From the IMG/VR virus record IMGVR_UViG_3300029825_000751, positions 1 through 35,209 of that record: a stretch of 35,209 nucleotides of DNA. One strand, written 5' to 3'. This document shows positions 8,491-17,613 of this stretch, piece by piece. The notes beneath the pieces were generated by a model. That model had not been told where the DNA came from and made no database searches. It saw only the letters and a list, made by a program, of their open reading frames with translations. Within the stretch, counting starts at the first letter, position 1, and each line of letters begins with the position of its first letter. Source of the DNA: a virus. Lineage: Duplodnaviria > Caudoviricetes. A program made the translations under genes and the position numbers.

Positions 8491-9477
8491 ATGAAACGGA
8501 TAGGAAATTTATATGATAGTATTTGCAGCCTTGACAACCTTGCCCTCGCGTATCAAAAAGCGAGGCAAGGCAAGGCTATGCAATACGGCGTAAGGCTCTT
8601 TGAAAAGAATGCGGATGCCAATATCCGGCAAATTCAGGAGGAGCTGCAAAACGGTACTTACCGGACATCGGAATACAGTGTCTTCACGATATTTGAACCG
8701 AAAGAACGCGAGATATCCCGCCTTCCATTCCGTGACCGGGTCGTCCATCATGCGATTATGAATATCATGGAGCCGATATGGACAAGCATTTTCATCCGGA
8801 ATACTTACTCCTGCATCAAAGGGAGGGGCATCCACGACGTTTTATATCATTTGAAACGCGACTTAAAAGATGTGGAAAATACCCGTTATTGCCTGAAGAT
8901 TGACATTCGCAAGTTTTACCCAAGCATCGACCACGATATCTTAAAGGTAATAATCCGGAAAAAGATTAAAGATATCCGTCTATTGGGACTACTCGACGAA
9001 ATAATCGACAGTGCACCAGGCGTGCCAATTGGCAACTATCTATCCCAGTTCTTTGCGAACTTATATCTGTCGTATTTCGATCATTGGCTGAAAGAAGACA
9101 GAAAAGTTAAGTATTACTATCGCTATGCGGATGACATGGTGATATTGGCAGCGGACAAGGCATATCTGCATGGCTTACTGGTCGAGATTAATCATTACCT
9201 GGTCTCTCGCTTGAATCTGCGTTTAAAAAGCAATTATCAGGTGTTCCCGGTTGATGCACGCAGCATTGACTTTGTCGGGTATAGGTTTTATCATACGCAT
9301 ATCCTGATGCGTAAATCGATTAAAAAGCGGCTTTGCAGGAAAGCTGCTAAACTGAATAAAAAGGATTTAACAGAAAAAGAATACAGGCAACGGATTGCAT
9401 CCTGGCTCGGATGGGCAAAGCACTGTAATTCGCGTCACCTGCTTAAAACGGTAATAGGAAATGAAAAAGTTCTCTGA
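8491..9477 (+). CDS. DGR reverse transcriptase
   Basis: MKRIGNLY start; PFRDRVVHHA, LKIDIRKFYPSIDH, GVPIGNYLSQ (GxxxSQ, typical of DGR RTs), YRYADD catalytic motif, DFVGY; 328 aa with no endonuclease or RNase H domain. Confidence 0.96.
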   Translation: MKRIGNLYDSICSLDNLALAYQKARQGKAMQYGVRLFEKNADANIRQIQEELQNGTYRTSEYSVFTIFEPKEREISRLPFRDRVVHHAIMNIMEPIWTSIFIRNTYSCIKGRGIHDVLYHLKRDLKDVENTRYCLKIDIRKFYPSIDHDILKVIIRKKIKDIRLLGLLDEIIDSAPGVPIGNYLSQFFANLYLSYFDHWLKEDRKVKYYYRYADDMVILAADKAYLHGLLVEINHYLVSRLNLRLKSNYQVFPVDARSIDFVGYRFYHTHILMRKSIKKRLCRKAAKLNKKDLTEKEYRQRIASWLGWAKHCNSRHLLKTVIGNEKVL

Positions 9478-9778
9478 TTTTGGAATTAATACGCTTGAAA
9501 ACAAGCATGTTTTCGCTGTCCCTGTCGTTTCGATAGAAGAGCTGACAAATTGCGAAATAGAAGTATTGGACTATGAGTCGGGAGTTAAAACACGTCACGG
9601 TGAAGGACGCTACATTGTAAAAGTTAAGTATGAAGGCGTGGAGCGGAAGTTCTTTACAAATGCGGCTCCGATTAAAGAGGCATTGGATAAAGTAGATAAA
9701 AAGGATTTCCCTTTTTTGACAACAATTAAACAGCAACGCTTCGGAAGTGGAAGCGGAAAAACATTTTATTTTACATGA
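9461..9778 (+). CDS. Hypothetical beta-rich protein overlapping the RT stop; candidate DGR accessory factor
   Basis: 17-nt overlap with the RT 3' end; 105 aa; not helical or Avd-like. The role is inferred from position. Confidence 0.7.
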   Translation: MKKFSDFGINTLENKHVFAVPVVSIEELTNCEIEVLDYESGVKTRHGEGRYIVKVKYEGVERKFFTNAAPIKEALDKVDKKDFPFLTTIKQQRFGSGSGKTFYFT

Positions 9779-10047
9779 TTATGATTAATGAAGTATCGAA
9801 AAAAACGGGAATTCCGGTTAACGATTTGCTTGGCAAATCCCGTAAGCACGAGGTGTCATGCGTGAGGCAGTTATATTATAAGTTATTGAAAGAGAAAACG
9901 GGTTTTTCGACTGCAAAAGTCGCAGAACTATGCAGTAGGAATCATGCAACTGTTTTGTATGGGATTCGAAAAGTTAATGATATGTTGCAGATTGGGGATA
10001 AATACGCCGTTCGTATGTGGAATAAAATAAAAGATTTGGAAGCATGA
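9775..10047 (+). CDS. DnaA C-terminal (domain IV)-like HTH protein
   Basis: DLLGKSRKHEVSCVRQ...TGFSTAKVAELCSRNHATVLYGIRKV mirrors the DnaA RDHTTV HTH signature. Confidence 0.75.
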   Translation: MIMINEVSKKTGIPVNDLLGKSRKHEVSCVRQLYYKLLKEKTGFSTAKVAELCSRNHATVLYGIRKVNDMLQIGDKYAVRMWNKIKDLEA

Positions 10048-10325
10048 AGAATAAAGCGAAACAGGAGGTTGATTTTTATAAAACAGTTATTTCGGCTCGA
10101 TGGCGAAATGAACGATTTATTATGACACAGGCGGTTATGCATTATGGCATGTCTGGTATAAATAAATCTGATTTTACTTTTGAAGATGAAAAGGTAAAAA
10201 ATTACAGTCGCAAAATGTTTACGGTAAGATGTAGAGGCAAGTTGCTCTTCAGGCGCTTTCCGGCAGACTTGCACGGGCTGTGTTTTAAATACGAAAGCCC
10301 TATTTTTAACAACGTAACGGAATAA
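10044..10325 (+). CDS. Hypothetical protein
   Basis: 93-aa ORF with an ATGA overlap. Confidence 0.55.
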   Translation: MKNKAKQEVDFYKTVISARWRNERFIMTQAVMHYGMSGINKSDFTFEDEKVKNYSRKMFTVRCRGKLLFRRFPADLHGLCFKYESPIFNNVTE

Positions 10326-10330
10326 ATGCT

Positions 10331-10729
10331 ATGATTATCGCAGTAGATTTTGATGGAACAATAGTGAAAGATCGTTATCCGGGGATCGGTGATCCCCGCC
10401 CGGGAGCGATTGAAACTCTTCGGAAATTAAAGAAAGAAGGTTACATCCTCGTGCTGTGGACTTGCCGTACAGGAAAAGAACTCGCACAGGCGGTGAAATT
10501 TTGCGCCGAGGCCGGCATCCGGTTCGATGCGATTAACGAAAACTTGCGTTACCGGGTTATCGAGCATCGGGGTAGTGATCCGCGGAAGCTGGGCGCGGAT
10601 TTATATATCGATGACAGGGGCCTTATCGACATCCCAAATTGGGATGAGATATATAAGATCGTGCATCGCCGGGTGCCGGATCAACTTGAGAGGCTCGATA
10701 TGTCGTATGGATTTCCGCCGGAATATTGA
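10331..10729 (+). CDS. HAD-superfamily hydrolase/phosphatase
   Basis: Motif I IIAVDFDGT, motif II LWTCR, motif IV YIDDR. Confidence 0.85.
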   Translation: MIIAVDFDGTIVKDRYPGIGDPRPGAIETLRKLKKEGYILVLWTCRTGKELAQAVKFCAEAGIRFDAINENLRYRVIEHRGSDPRKLGADLYIDDRGLIDIPNWDEIYKIVHRRVPDQLERLDMSYGFPPEY

Positions 10730-10757
10730 TAAAAATGACTTTTTGATTACAATTCGT

Positions 10758-10789
10758 CGCTCCGGTTTGTGAAAATAGGGGCGGTTTTT
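10758..10789 (+). terminator. Possible terminator of the early operon
   Basis: CGCTCC/GGGGCG imperfect stem followed by a T5 run after the last early gene. Confidence 0.35.
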
Positions 10790-10884
10790 ATAACAAGGTG
10801 ATGAAAAGCAGGAAATAATCCCGCTTTTTCAGTGTATTATGAAAACAATTGAGTAATTTTACAAAAGGGTATTAATTCAAAAAT

Positions 10885-11274
10885 ATGTTTATGAAAAAGA
10901 TTCTATTAATGTTATCCTGCATGGCTATATTAGCAGGTTGTAGTAAATCGGAGAATGAGCCGGAAGTAATTAAAAATGATTATGCTAATACTAAGTGGAC
11001 AGCAACTGATGATATCGCAGAATTAATTTACGGTAAAACCTGCACTACTACAATCGAATTCTTTGAGGATTACACCTGTCAAGAAATAAACAAGCGTGTA
11101 GGAATGAAATTCGGAGCGGGGACATTTGTTGAGCCCGGAACTTACAAGTTGAAAAAGGACTCTATTTATTGGACTATCGGTAAAAATACAATCGGGGGTA
11201 TTGCAAAAGGAAGTGTTTTAGCGACTAATATGGGGACGGTTTCAGGAGGAAAAAGAACTTATACTAAAGAATAA
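10885..11274 (+). CDS. Lipoprotein moron (start may be 10891)
   Basis: Signal MKKILLMLSCMAILAG-C (lipobox), then a beta-rich lipocalin-like body. Confidence 0.8.
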   Translation: MFMKKILLMLSCMAILAGCSKSENEPEVIKNDYANTKWTATDDIAELIYGKTCTTTIEFFEDYTCQEINKRVGMKFGAGTFVEPGTYKLKKDSIYWTIGKNTIGGIAKGSVLATNMGTVSGGKRTYTKE

Positions 11275-11275
11275 T

Positions 11276-11302
11276 AAAAAGCAACTTTGTAAAGCTGCTT
11301 TT
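11276..11302. terminator. Probable bidirectional terminator between convergent genes
   Basis: AAAAGCA-ACTTTGTAAAGC-TGCTTTT inverted repeat between the stops at 11274 and 11301. Confidence 0.5.
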
Positions 11303-11762
11303 ACTGACTTGCGGTTTGATCTTCAAACGCGGTTCGAAATACAATTTGATAGATAAACAGCCCATTGCGGCTGTTTTCTTTTTGTTGTGACATTCGGGAG
11401 AGCGGCTCAAAATCGGGGGTACTCCAGCCTTGTAGGGCCGCGTAAGTATCGGCGATGATATCGTATGGTTTAAGAGCCGCAGGGGCAACGGCGGGCGGAG
11501 CATCCGCGCTTGTTCGCATTTCTTGATTAAACGCAAGGCGGACGGTTATTCGGGCGTCGCAGTCCTGATCAAAATCGGTAATGTCTTCCGCTCCCGGAAT
11601 TGAAATGACAATTAGAGCACACGGAAAAGCGATCGCAGGGCGGTCGATGTTTTGATTTAATGCCGACACTCTTTCGAGTTGCCCCGTGTCAAGATCTATC
11701 CAGCGCAATTCCTTTACTTCTTTTTTCAATCGTGCCATGATGGCGGTGTAAACTGTTTTCAT
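11301..11762 (-). CDS. Mu gp37-like tail terminator/completion protein
   Basis: WIDLDTGQL...PAIAFPCALI...ALQGW pattern; last gene of the head/neck operon. Confidence 0.6.
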   Translation of the reverse strand: MKTVYTAIMARLKKEVKELRWIDLDTGQLERVSALNQNIDRPAIAFPCALIVISIPGAEDITDFDQDCDARITVRLAFNQEMRTSADAPPAVAPAALKPYDIIADTYAALQGWSTPDFEPLSRMSQQKENSRNGLFIYQIVFRTAFEDQTASQ

Positions 11763-11778
11763 ATCGTTTAAATAGTAA

Positions 11779-12279
11779 TTAATTATCTTTTAAAATGCGG
11801 GTAAATTCCTTTTTAATCTTCGTATTTATGTTCCCAATTAGGACAGCCGATCGGCCGACAAAACGGCGTTGCGGCATCTGAAATTCTTTCTTCCCGTATA
11901 TTTTTGCCCGCCCCCCGTAATTATGTACATGTGCATACGGTTTGTCGTTGCTTATACGAACGCCTCGGTCGGTACGCCGGAAGGTGATTGAATTTTGCAG
12001 TTCGCGTGTTTCTCCTGATAAAACCGGAGCGGTAGTACGTGCCTGCGAAAATCTACCTGTTTGACCGCTATGCCCATACCAGGAACTATCGGGATTCCTT
12101 CGCTTGACATCCTTCCAAGGATTTAATACTTTATCCGTAAACCCTTCGTCGGCAAATGACTTTTTATAGTGGTTTACAGCTTCCACCCCAACAATATTCT
12201 TTATGTCGTCTCCGGAGGCGAACTCCTTTATTTTATCCATTTTCGAGGTGAAACGCCTGTTAAACTCGTTGATATCCAT
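11779..12279 (-). CDS. Phage virion morphogenesis protein (Mu gpG-like)
   Basis: LSGETRELQNSI, YAHVHNYGG and MPQRRFVG motifs. Confidence 0.82.
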   Translation of the reverse strand: MDINEFNRRFTSKMDKIKEFASGDDIKNIVGVEAVNHYKKSFADEGFTDKVLNPWKDVKRRNPDSSWYGHSGQTGRFSQARTTAPVLSGETRELQNSITFRRTDRGVRISNDKPYAHVHNYGGRAKIYGKKEFQMPQRRFVGRSAVLIGNINTKIKKEFTRILKDN

Positions 12280-12296
12280 TTTTTTGTTTGAAAAAT

Positions 12297-12398
12297 CTTG
12301 TTATTATCAAATAGTTTTGTACATTTGCCTAAAATAAACGTCTTTAATGAGGCGCACGTTGTTGAAAAGCGTGTTAGCTGATTTAAAGACGTTTATTT
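12297..12398 (+). ncRNA. Candidate promoter plus hairpin small RNA, antisense to the head operon
   Basis: CTTG (12297-12300), 19 nt, TACATTTG (12320-12327), then a 16-bp perfect inverted repeat (12332-12347 / 12383-12398) with an inner stem. Confidence 0.5.
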
Positions 12399-14846
12399 CT
12401 TTATAATTATATTGATGGCGTATGGCTGTTCCACGCCGTTTATTACTTCCGTATTTAGCCTCAAATTCACGCCTTTGAAGTAAAGCTTGTAGTAGTAATA
12501 TTTCTCTACTCCGCGCCGTTTTTTTGATGCATAATTCGGACTCTCTATATTTAATGCCGCTTCGCTCAGGAACTGTGCACGGTCGATAATCTGAAAGATA
12601 TCCTTTGCCAGTTCTTTCATGTGCAATTCGGTAAAATGTCCCGTGATGCTTTTTATAGCCCTTTTAGTTACCAGTACCTGCCCGGTTTTGAAATTTTCCT
12701 TTTGAAGCTGTATGCCGAATTGTGGAATATGCTTCTTTGTCCACTCTTTTATTTCGCGATCTTTCTGCCGACGGCGGTACTGTTTGGCGAATTCGATTAC
12801 TTCGTCCCGTATTTCATCTGCCGTTTCGGAAAAATAAGGCGTATTGGAAATCTTTACGAATTCAGCCGTTTTGCCGGGATTGTTTTGAAACTCGGGCGGT
12901 ACAAATTCACCTCCCGGCACAGGCGTAACATCTTTGTCTGTCGGTTGTACCCGGCAGGCACAATTCCAATCCGATGGCGGCATGTGAGTATCCCACCACG
13001 GATGTTGAATCGGAAGAATCGTACCGACGTATTCCAAATGCGTCTCGCGTTTGTTCTTTGCCGTACTGATAAGATATTCGAGATTGGGATACAGATGTTC
13101 CGTTTCGAGATACTTTTTATAATTCACGGCGGCGCGGGCGGATCGTATGGCGGTGTTATACTCGGTTTGTAACCAGTTGACATTATAGTCCTTTGATATT
13201 TGCAACGCCTGTTTTTTAAACTCCCGGAATGAACGTAAATTACCCTCTTCATCATGTAATAGGGCTGCAATCTCTTTCGTTTGTTGATGATTCTTAAATG
13301 CCGCAAACACAGAAGTATTTGTCTTAAACTCATCGACAAAATCCTGTTTCTTCTTTCCGAATTCCGGCTCCTCTGAAAAAACCTTATCAATGCCTTGCTG
13401 TAACGCGTCGTCGGTAATTTTAAAGAGTTTTTTATTTACTACTTCGTCGTTACCGCCGTACACCTCTTTTAGCGCCTCGTTTAGTAATTTGCCCAGGTCG
13501 ATGGAGTAACTGTCGCTTTCGTTATCTTTTAGCGTTACGCGGCCCGTAATACCGTCGATTAACCGCCTCGCGAAGCTTGTTTGTGTGCCCCGCTCCTTTG
13601 TCGGGGCGACTGCGAAAAAACGGTCGAAGAGTTTTTTGCTTTTTGGGCTACCAGGCTCATCCAGATCCGGATCATCGTCGGGTTCGGACTTTGTAGCTTG
13701 CGTACTGCGTTTTGCGATAACATCATCTTTCTCGGCTGCCGGGATGCCAAATTTTTCTTGAAAATAGTAAGCCGGTATCTCAATGACATCGGAGAGCGAT
13801 ATAAGTTCATCAACTGTCAGTCCTTGTATAGCCTTCGGAAATACAAACGATCCGCCGGAAACATTATACCCCCGCCGTTCGAGTATAGGTTTCAGTTTGT
13901 GATTCAGAACGCGCTGGACAAAGCGTAGATCGGATTTATTTACTTCTTCTTCGACCTCTTTATGCACTTGACCCTGCGATCGGCTTGCCCCATCCTTTGT
14001 TGTCATCGTTTGTGACAAAATTGTTATGAGCAGTTGTTCGTCGCAAGTTTCGATGAAGTCTTTGTATAAGGTGCCGCCTCCGTTCCCGGATTGAGTGGTC
14101 GTTTCGACATCCGTTTCCTTTGGCACGATAAGTGTTGCTGCCGCGCCTTGATTGTTAAAAGCATCTTGAAGCGCCTTGCGTGCTTCAACATCGTAAATGC
14201 TATATTTGCCGATTCGGAGTGGCATACCAAACAGTTCAACCATTTGCGCCCAATCACCGAAACCGCCACGCTTGAATATCGCATAGGGACATGCACGAAG
14301 GATTAACCCATGTTTGTGCTCACGCGAGATCACTTCGATTACATCCATGTCGGCATAGGATATTTGCCCTTCAGGGTCATTTTCCATTTTGGCGATCATC
14401 TTTGTCTCAGGACGTATATGTTTTCGAGGAACGGAATACACGTGCATTCCGGTTTCATCGAACGAAGGCTGTATCACGGACATATACCAAAACTTCGCTT
14501 TGGTTACTTCTTGTAATAAATACTCGAAATCTTCCGTGTCAATCAGGTCTATCATTTCCTCGCTTTCCTCGCCGTCCTGATACTGAAATGTGAGGTCTGC
14601 GCCTGTGACGGCCCGGATGCGTTTGTCTATCGCATCGCCCAGTACAGGGTCATCTATGACATCCTCATACATATTAAGAAGTTGCGTACGACGCCCCATG
14701 TCTGCGGCTTGGAGGGCCGTTCGCCATTTTCCAATATCGAGTATTTGTCGATTTACCGGCCTAACCTCGATTTGATTTACAATGATTTGCTGTTGTTTAG
14801 CAGTTGCCGTCAGTTGCTTTGTATTTTGTTTTCGTCTCCTTGACAT
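12393..14846 (-). CDS. Portal protein (Mu gp29/DUF935-like) fused to a MuF/gp30 head morphogenesis domain and a C-terminal extra domain
   Basis: Portal motifs DWAQMVELFGMP and ILSQTMTT...GASRSQGQVH; MuF motifs NWLQTEYNTA, HPWWDTHMPPSDWNCAC and FQNNPGKT; about 120 further aa after MuF. Confidence 0.87.
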   Translation of the reverse strand: MSRRRKQNTKQLTATAKQQQIIVNQIEVRPVNRQILDIGKWRTALQAADMGRRTQLLNMYEDVIDDPVLGDAIDKRIRAVTGADLTFQYQDGEESEEMIDLIDTEDFEYLLQEVTKAKFWYMSVIQPSFDETGMHVYSVPRKHIRPETKMIAKMENDPEGQISYADMDVIEVISREHKHGLILRACPYAIFKRGGFGDWAQMVELFGMPLRIGKYSIYDVEARKALQDAFNNQGAAATLIVPKETDVETTTQSGNGGGTLYKDFIETCDEQLLITILSQTMTTKDGASRSQGQVHKEVEEEVNKSDLRFVQRVLNHKLKPILERRGYNVSGGSFVFPKAIQGLTVDELISLSDVIEIPAYYFQEKFGIPAAEKDDVIAKRSTQATKSEPDDDPDLDEPGSPKSKKLFDRFFAVAPTKERGTQTSFARRLIDGITGRVTLKDNESDSYSIDLGKLLNEALKEVYGGNDEVVNKKLFKITDDALQQGIDKVFSEEPEFGKKKQDFVDEFKTNTSVFAAFKNHQQTKEIAALLHDEEGNLRSFREFKKQALQISKDYNVNWLQTEYNTAIRSARAAVNYKKYLETEHLYPNLEYLISTAKNKRETHLEYVGTILPIQHPWWDTHMPPSDWNCACRVQPTDKDVTPVPGGEFVPPEFQNNPGKTAEFVKISNTPYFSETADEIRDEVIEFAKQYRRRQKDREIKEWTKKHIPQFGIQLQKENFKTGQVLVTKRAIKSITGHFTELHMKELAKDIFQIIDRAQFLSEAALNIESPNYASKKRRGVEKYYYYKLYFKGVNLRLNTEVINGVEQPYAINIIIKK

Positions 14847-14848
14847 AA

Positions 14849-15259
14849 TTAAAAATGATTGTTGCGTTTTGGGTTTGAGTTAAATAAAATTATCCCCGTT
14901 TGCTTATCATTCGGGAGGGGTTCCAAGTCGGGAGTTACATCGCCTTTTTGTACCGATTTTAGCCAGTCGATCGCTCGCTTATATCGTTCCATCCGGAGGC
15001 CTAAATCCGTATTAACATTGCAGATATTTACGAAGTGCCAAACTGCGATATCTTTCAGGAAAATTACCAGAAGAGAGTTTCGACGGTTACCTTCTTTTTC
15101 GAATTCACCGGAGATATCATAAGCTCTGAGGTATCCTTTCGCTTCTGCGAGGGCTGCATCAATGGCCGACTGTAAAATAGTGTCATCGCCGTTTGTTATC
15201 ACGTTGATTTGCTCCTGATACAGATGTGTTTTTATTTCGTCAATCGTTACGTAACTCAT
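14849..15259 (-). CDS. Mu gp36-like (DUF1320) head-tail adaptor
   Basis: AEAKGYL...DIAVWH...RYKRAIDWLKSVQKG pattern. Confidence 0.8.
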   Translation of the reverse strand: MSYVTIDEIKTHLYQEQINVITNGDDTILQSAIDAALAEAKGYLRAYDISGEFEKEGNRRNSLLVIFLKDIAVWHFVNICNVNTDLGLRMERYKRAIDWLKSVQKGDVTPDLEPLPNDKQTGIILFNSNPKRNNHF

Positions 15260-15576
15260 AGCTTTGCGTATTTGAATTGTGGATGACTGTTGACTTTTGT
15301 CTGCGTATCATAAAGACAAATGCGTGAAAGCTTTTCGAGAGTGATGTGCTGCTTGATAATGCCGGCCTTTTTAAGCCGTTGAATATCTTTTCGATTGAAT
15401 GTCCTGTATTTTCCGCCGAGAAAATAGACATACGTCCGTTTTCCTTTCATCGCGCCATTCCCGGCGGCGAGCCTCTCGGCTCTCCTGACGGCGCGACGGA
15501 AGTGGGAGAGATTCGCGCGGTACCGCGTGCGTAATTCGAGAAACTTAGAGAGAATCTTTACAATTAATTTCTTCAT
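15256..15576 (-). CDS. Basic hypothetical protein
   Basis: ATG at 15576 lies 1 nt after the terminase stop; ATGA-type overlap with the next gene. Confidence 0.6.
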   Translation of the reverse strand: MKKLIVKILSKFLELRTRYRANLSHFRRAVRRAERLAAGNGAMKGKRTYVYFLGGKYRTFNRKDIQRLKKAGIIKQHITLEKLSRICLYDTQTKVNSHPQFKYAKL

Positions 15577-15577
15577 T

Positions 15578-17143
15578 TTAATATCGTTTTTTATTGACAT
15601 GCAAGATGCCGGTTATAATCGTGTCACCAGCCAAGGTGAGCATCTTATTATTGGTGATAAATACGCCACCTTCCACGGCATCGGGGCCGTCGGCAGGGCT
15701 GTTAAGCGCGGGGGAAACAAGCAGGAATTGTTCTTCGAGCCGTTTCATGTGTGGGTTATCTTTCTCTTTTATATTTAAAATCAATCGACCTGTACGGTTT
15801 AGCGGCTCCAGGTTACCTTCAATTCGTGAGAACTTGTCCGGCTTTTTTCGTGTGTCGGGAATGACTCCGATGTGATGCGCTCTTTCCTGTCCCTTACGGA
15901 AAAAGAGCGGGAGAAACACTTGTTCGTAAAAAGGGTCTTGAAGGGTGTTATTTTCGATGTAATTATATATCTGCGTTTTGCCCTTCACGTAATCTTCGAT
16001 TTCATAAAACCAATCCACAAACTCATCATTTGTTACCCGATCGAGTCTGCCGGTTATGACATAAAACTTACCTTCAAGCGCCCCGATAAGCCAAAGCGCT
16101 TTTGTGCTGTTCTTGCGATCTGTTTTGTTGTTCGATGGCGACGGGTCGGCATAAGCAACAAGGAATCGGAATTTATTGAGCGGTGGAACATCGCCATAAA
16201 CCATTTCTTTAAATACGTCGCCCTCTGATACCGGATTATTATAGAATTCACGTTGTCCGGCCGCCGCGGAAATAATGGATAGGAACAAGTCGATATCTTC
16301 CTCGCTGTTCTTACCCTGCCAACTTGATTTTCCGTATTTATCTCGAATGTTAATTATATCTGCGTGTCCAATTCCGATCTCTTTTAATTCGTTTGCTTTA
16401 GCGATCGCCCGGGTAATGCAACAATCTTTTGCGATGATATTCCCGTTAAATAGGATACGGTAATTATTTGACATAGACATCGTGGGAACCAACGCGCTCT
16501 CGAGCCAAGTCCATTTATCCTTTATACGTTCAGTATTGCGGGTTTCTTCGTCCGTATCAATATCATCAATCAGAATAAAGTCCGGCCGTACTTCATCTTT
16601 ACGGGTACCGCGAGGCGATTGTCCTGCTCCGATGGCCCTAAATGCTACGCCCGACAAAGTGGTAAATTCCTTGTCTTCCCAATCCCCAATTTTTTGCTGT
16701 ATGCCGTAATCTTGTTTTATACGGTTGTTTGCTTCGAGGTTTGCCCGTATTGGGTTAAGCAGACGGATGGCATTGTCCTGACTGTTTGAAATAAGTAGTA
16801 TGTTTCTGATTTGCCCCGTTAAAGCAAGCTTGGTAATTTCCATCATCGAGCGGGCAGATTTCGCAAGCTCACGCGCCCATGCCCGGACTTCGTACCAGCG
16901 GGCGTGCTTCATAATGCGGGTTGTGGCTTTTCTGTGAAACGGTGCCGGCTCAGATTTGTAGTATTGTTCGAAGTAATAAGCAAACCACGCTTCGTCATCG
17001 GCTTCAAGCCGTTTCTTTCGGGCCTGTATTTCAGCAAAAGTATCGTCTTGGTTTACGGATGTCGATGCAAAAATACCCCTAATTGTCTCTTCCCAGCTTT
17101 GAAGAGCATGTCTCTCGTCCGGTTTTAATCTTTTCTGTGCCAT
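15578..17143 (-). CDS. Terminase large subunit
   Basis: Variant Walker A WARELAKS, Walker B FILIDD, nuclease motifs YADPS and DGPDA. Confidence 0.88.
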   Translation of the reverse strand: MAQKRLKPDERHALQSWEETIRGIFASTSVNQDDTFAEIQARKKRLEADDEAWFAYYFEQYYKSEPAPFHRKATTRIMKHARWYEVRAWARELAKSARSMMEITKLALTGQIRNILLISNSQDNAIRLLNPIRANLEANNRIKQDYGIQQKIGDWEDKEFTTLSGVAFRAIGAGQSPRGTRKDEVRPDFILIDDIDTDEETRNTERIKDKWTWLESALVPTMSMSNNYRILFNGNIIAKDCCITRAIAKANELKEIGIGHADIINIRDKYGKSSWQGKNSEEDIDLFLSIISAAAGQREFYNNPVSEGDVFKEMVYGDVPPLNKFRFLVAYADPSPSNNKTDRKNSTKALWLIGALEGKFYVITGRLDRVTNDEFVDWFYEIEDYVKGKTQIYNYIENNTLQDPFYEQVFLPLFFRKGQERAHHIGVIPDTRKKPDKFSRIEGNLEPLNRTGRLILNIKEKDNPHMKRLEEQFLLVSPALNSPADGPDAVEGGVFITNNKMLTLAGDTIITGILHVNKKRY

Positions 17144-17144
17144 G

Positions 17145-17597
17145 TCAGGATATTTTTGTTTTTACATAACCATCCAGCACTGGTGCAATACGCTGCGCTT
17201 CCAGAATATCAAATGTTCGAAGCCATGATAAAAGTCCTTGAAACGTAGCAATGATATCCGCCAATCCGATATCTGATTCCATTTTGTTAATCGAAGCCGC
17301 AAGCTTTGAGATAATATCTGCCTCCGCAGACGTTGCATATCGATTTCCGTCCGCGGCAGGCCGTTCCGCAATGGTGCGGTTAACTTCGGCTAATTGTCTG
17401 TACAGATTTTTTAACTGTTCTTCTTTGGTAATGGTAATCGAAACTTTCAGGTTTTCCCAATTTCCGCTTTTCACCCACTTATTCATCGTCACGGCCGATA
17501 CACCTACACGTTCGGCAATTTCTTTTTGTGTGAGATTTTCGCGCAGGAAAAGAAGTTTCGCCCATTCCTTTTTTTGTTCGTTTGTCAAATTTGCCAT
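17145..17597 (-). CDS. Terminase small subunit-like HTH protein
   Basis: N-terminal HTH TQKEIAERVGVSAVTMNKW; directly upstream of the large terminase. Confidence 0.7.
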   Translation of the reverse strand: MANLTNEQKKEWAKLLFLRENLTQKEIAERVGVSAVTMNKWVKSGNWENLKVSITITKEEQLKNLYRQLAEVNRTIAERPAADGNRYATSAEADIISKLAASINKMESDIGLADIIATFQGLLSWLRTFDILEAQRIAPVLDGYVKTKIS

Positions 17598-17613
17598 GTT
17601 CCCGTTTTTGATG

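Larger units (their letters stand above)
7397..9778 (+). mobile_element. DGR core cassette: target1(VR1), target2(VR2), TR1, spacer RNA, RT, small ORF
   Basis: Two VRs differ from TR1 at adenines, and a DGR-type RT is adjacent. Confidence 0.95.

Noticed and set aside
8491-9477. RT as a group II intron, retron or Abi RT
   Set aside because: It is short, has the SQ motif and no maturase or endonuclease domain, and adjacent TR/VR pairs show A-specific mismatches.
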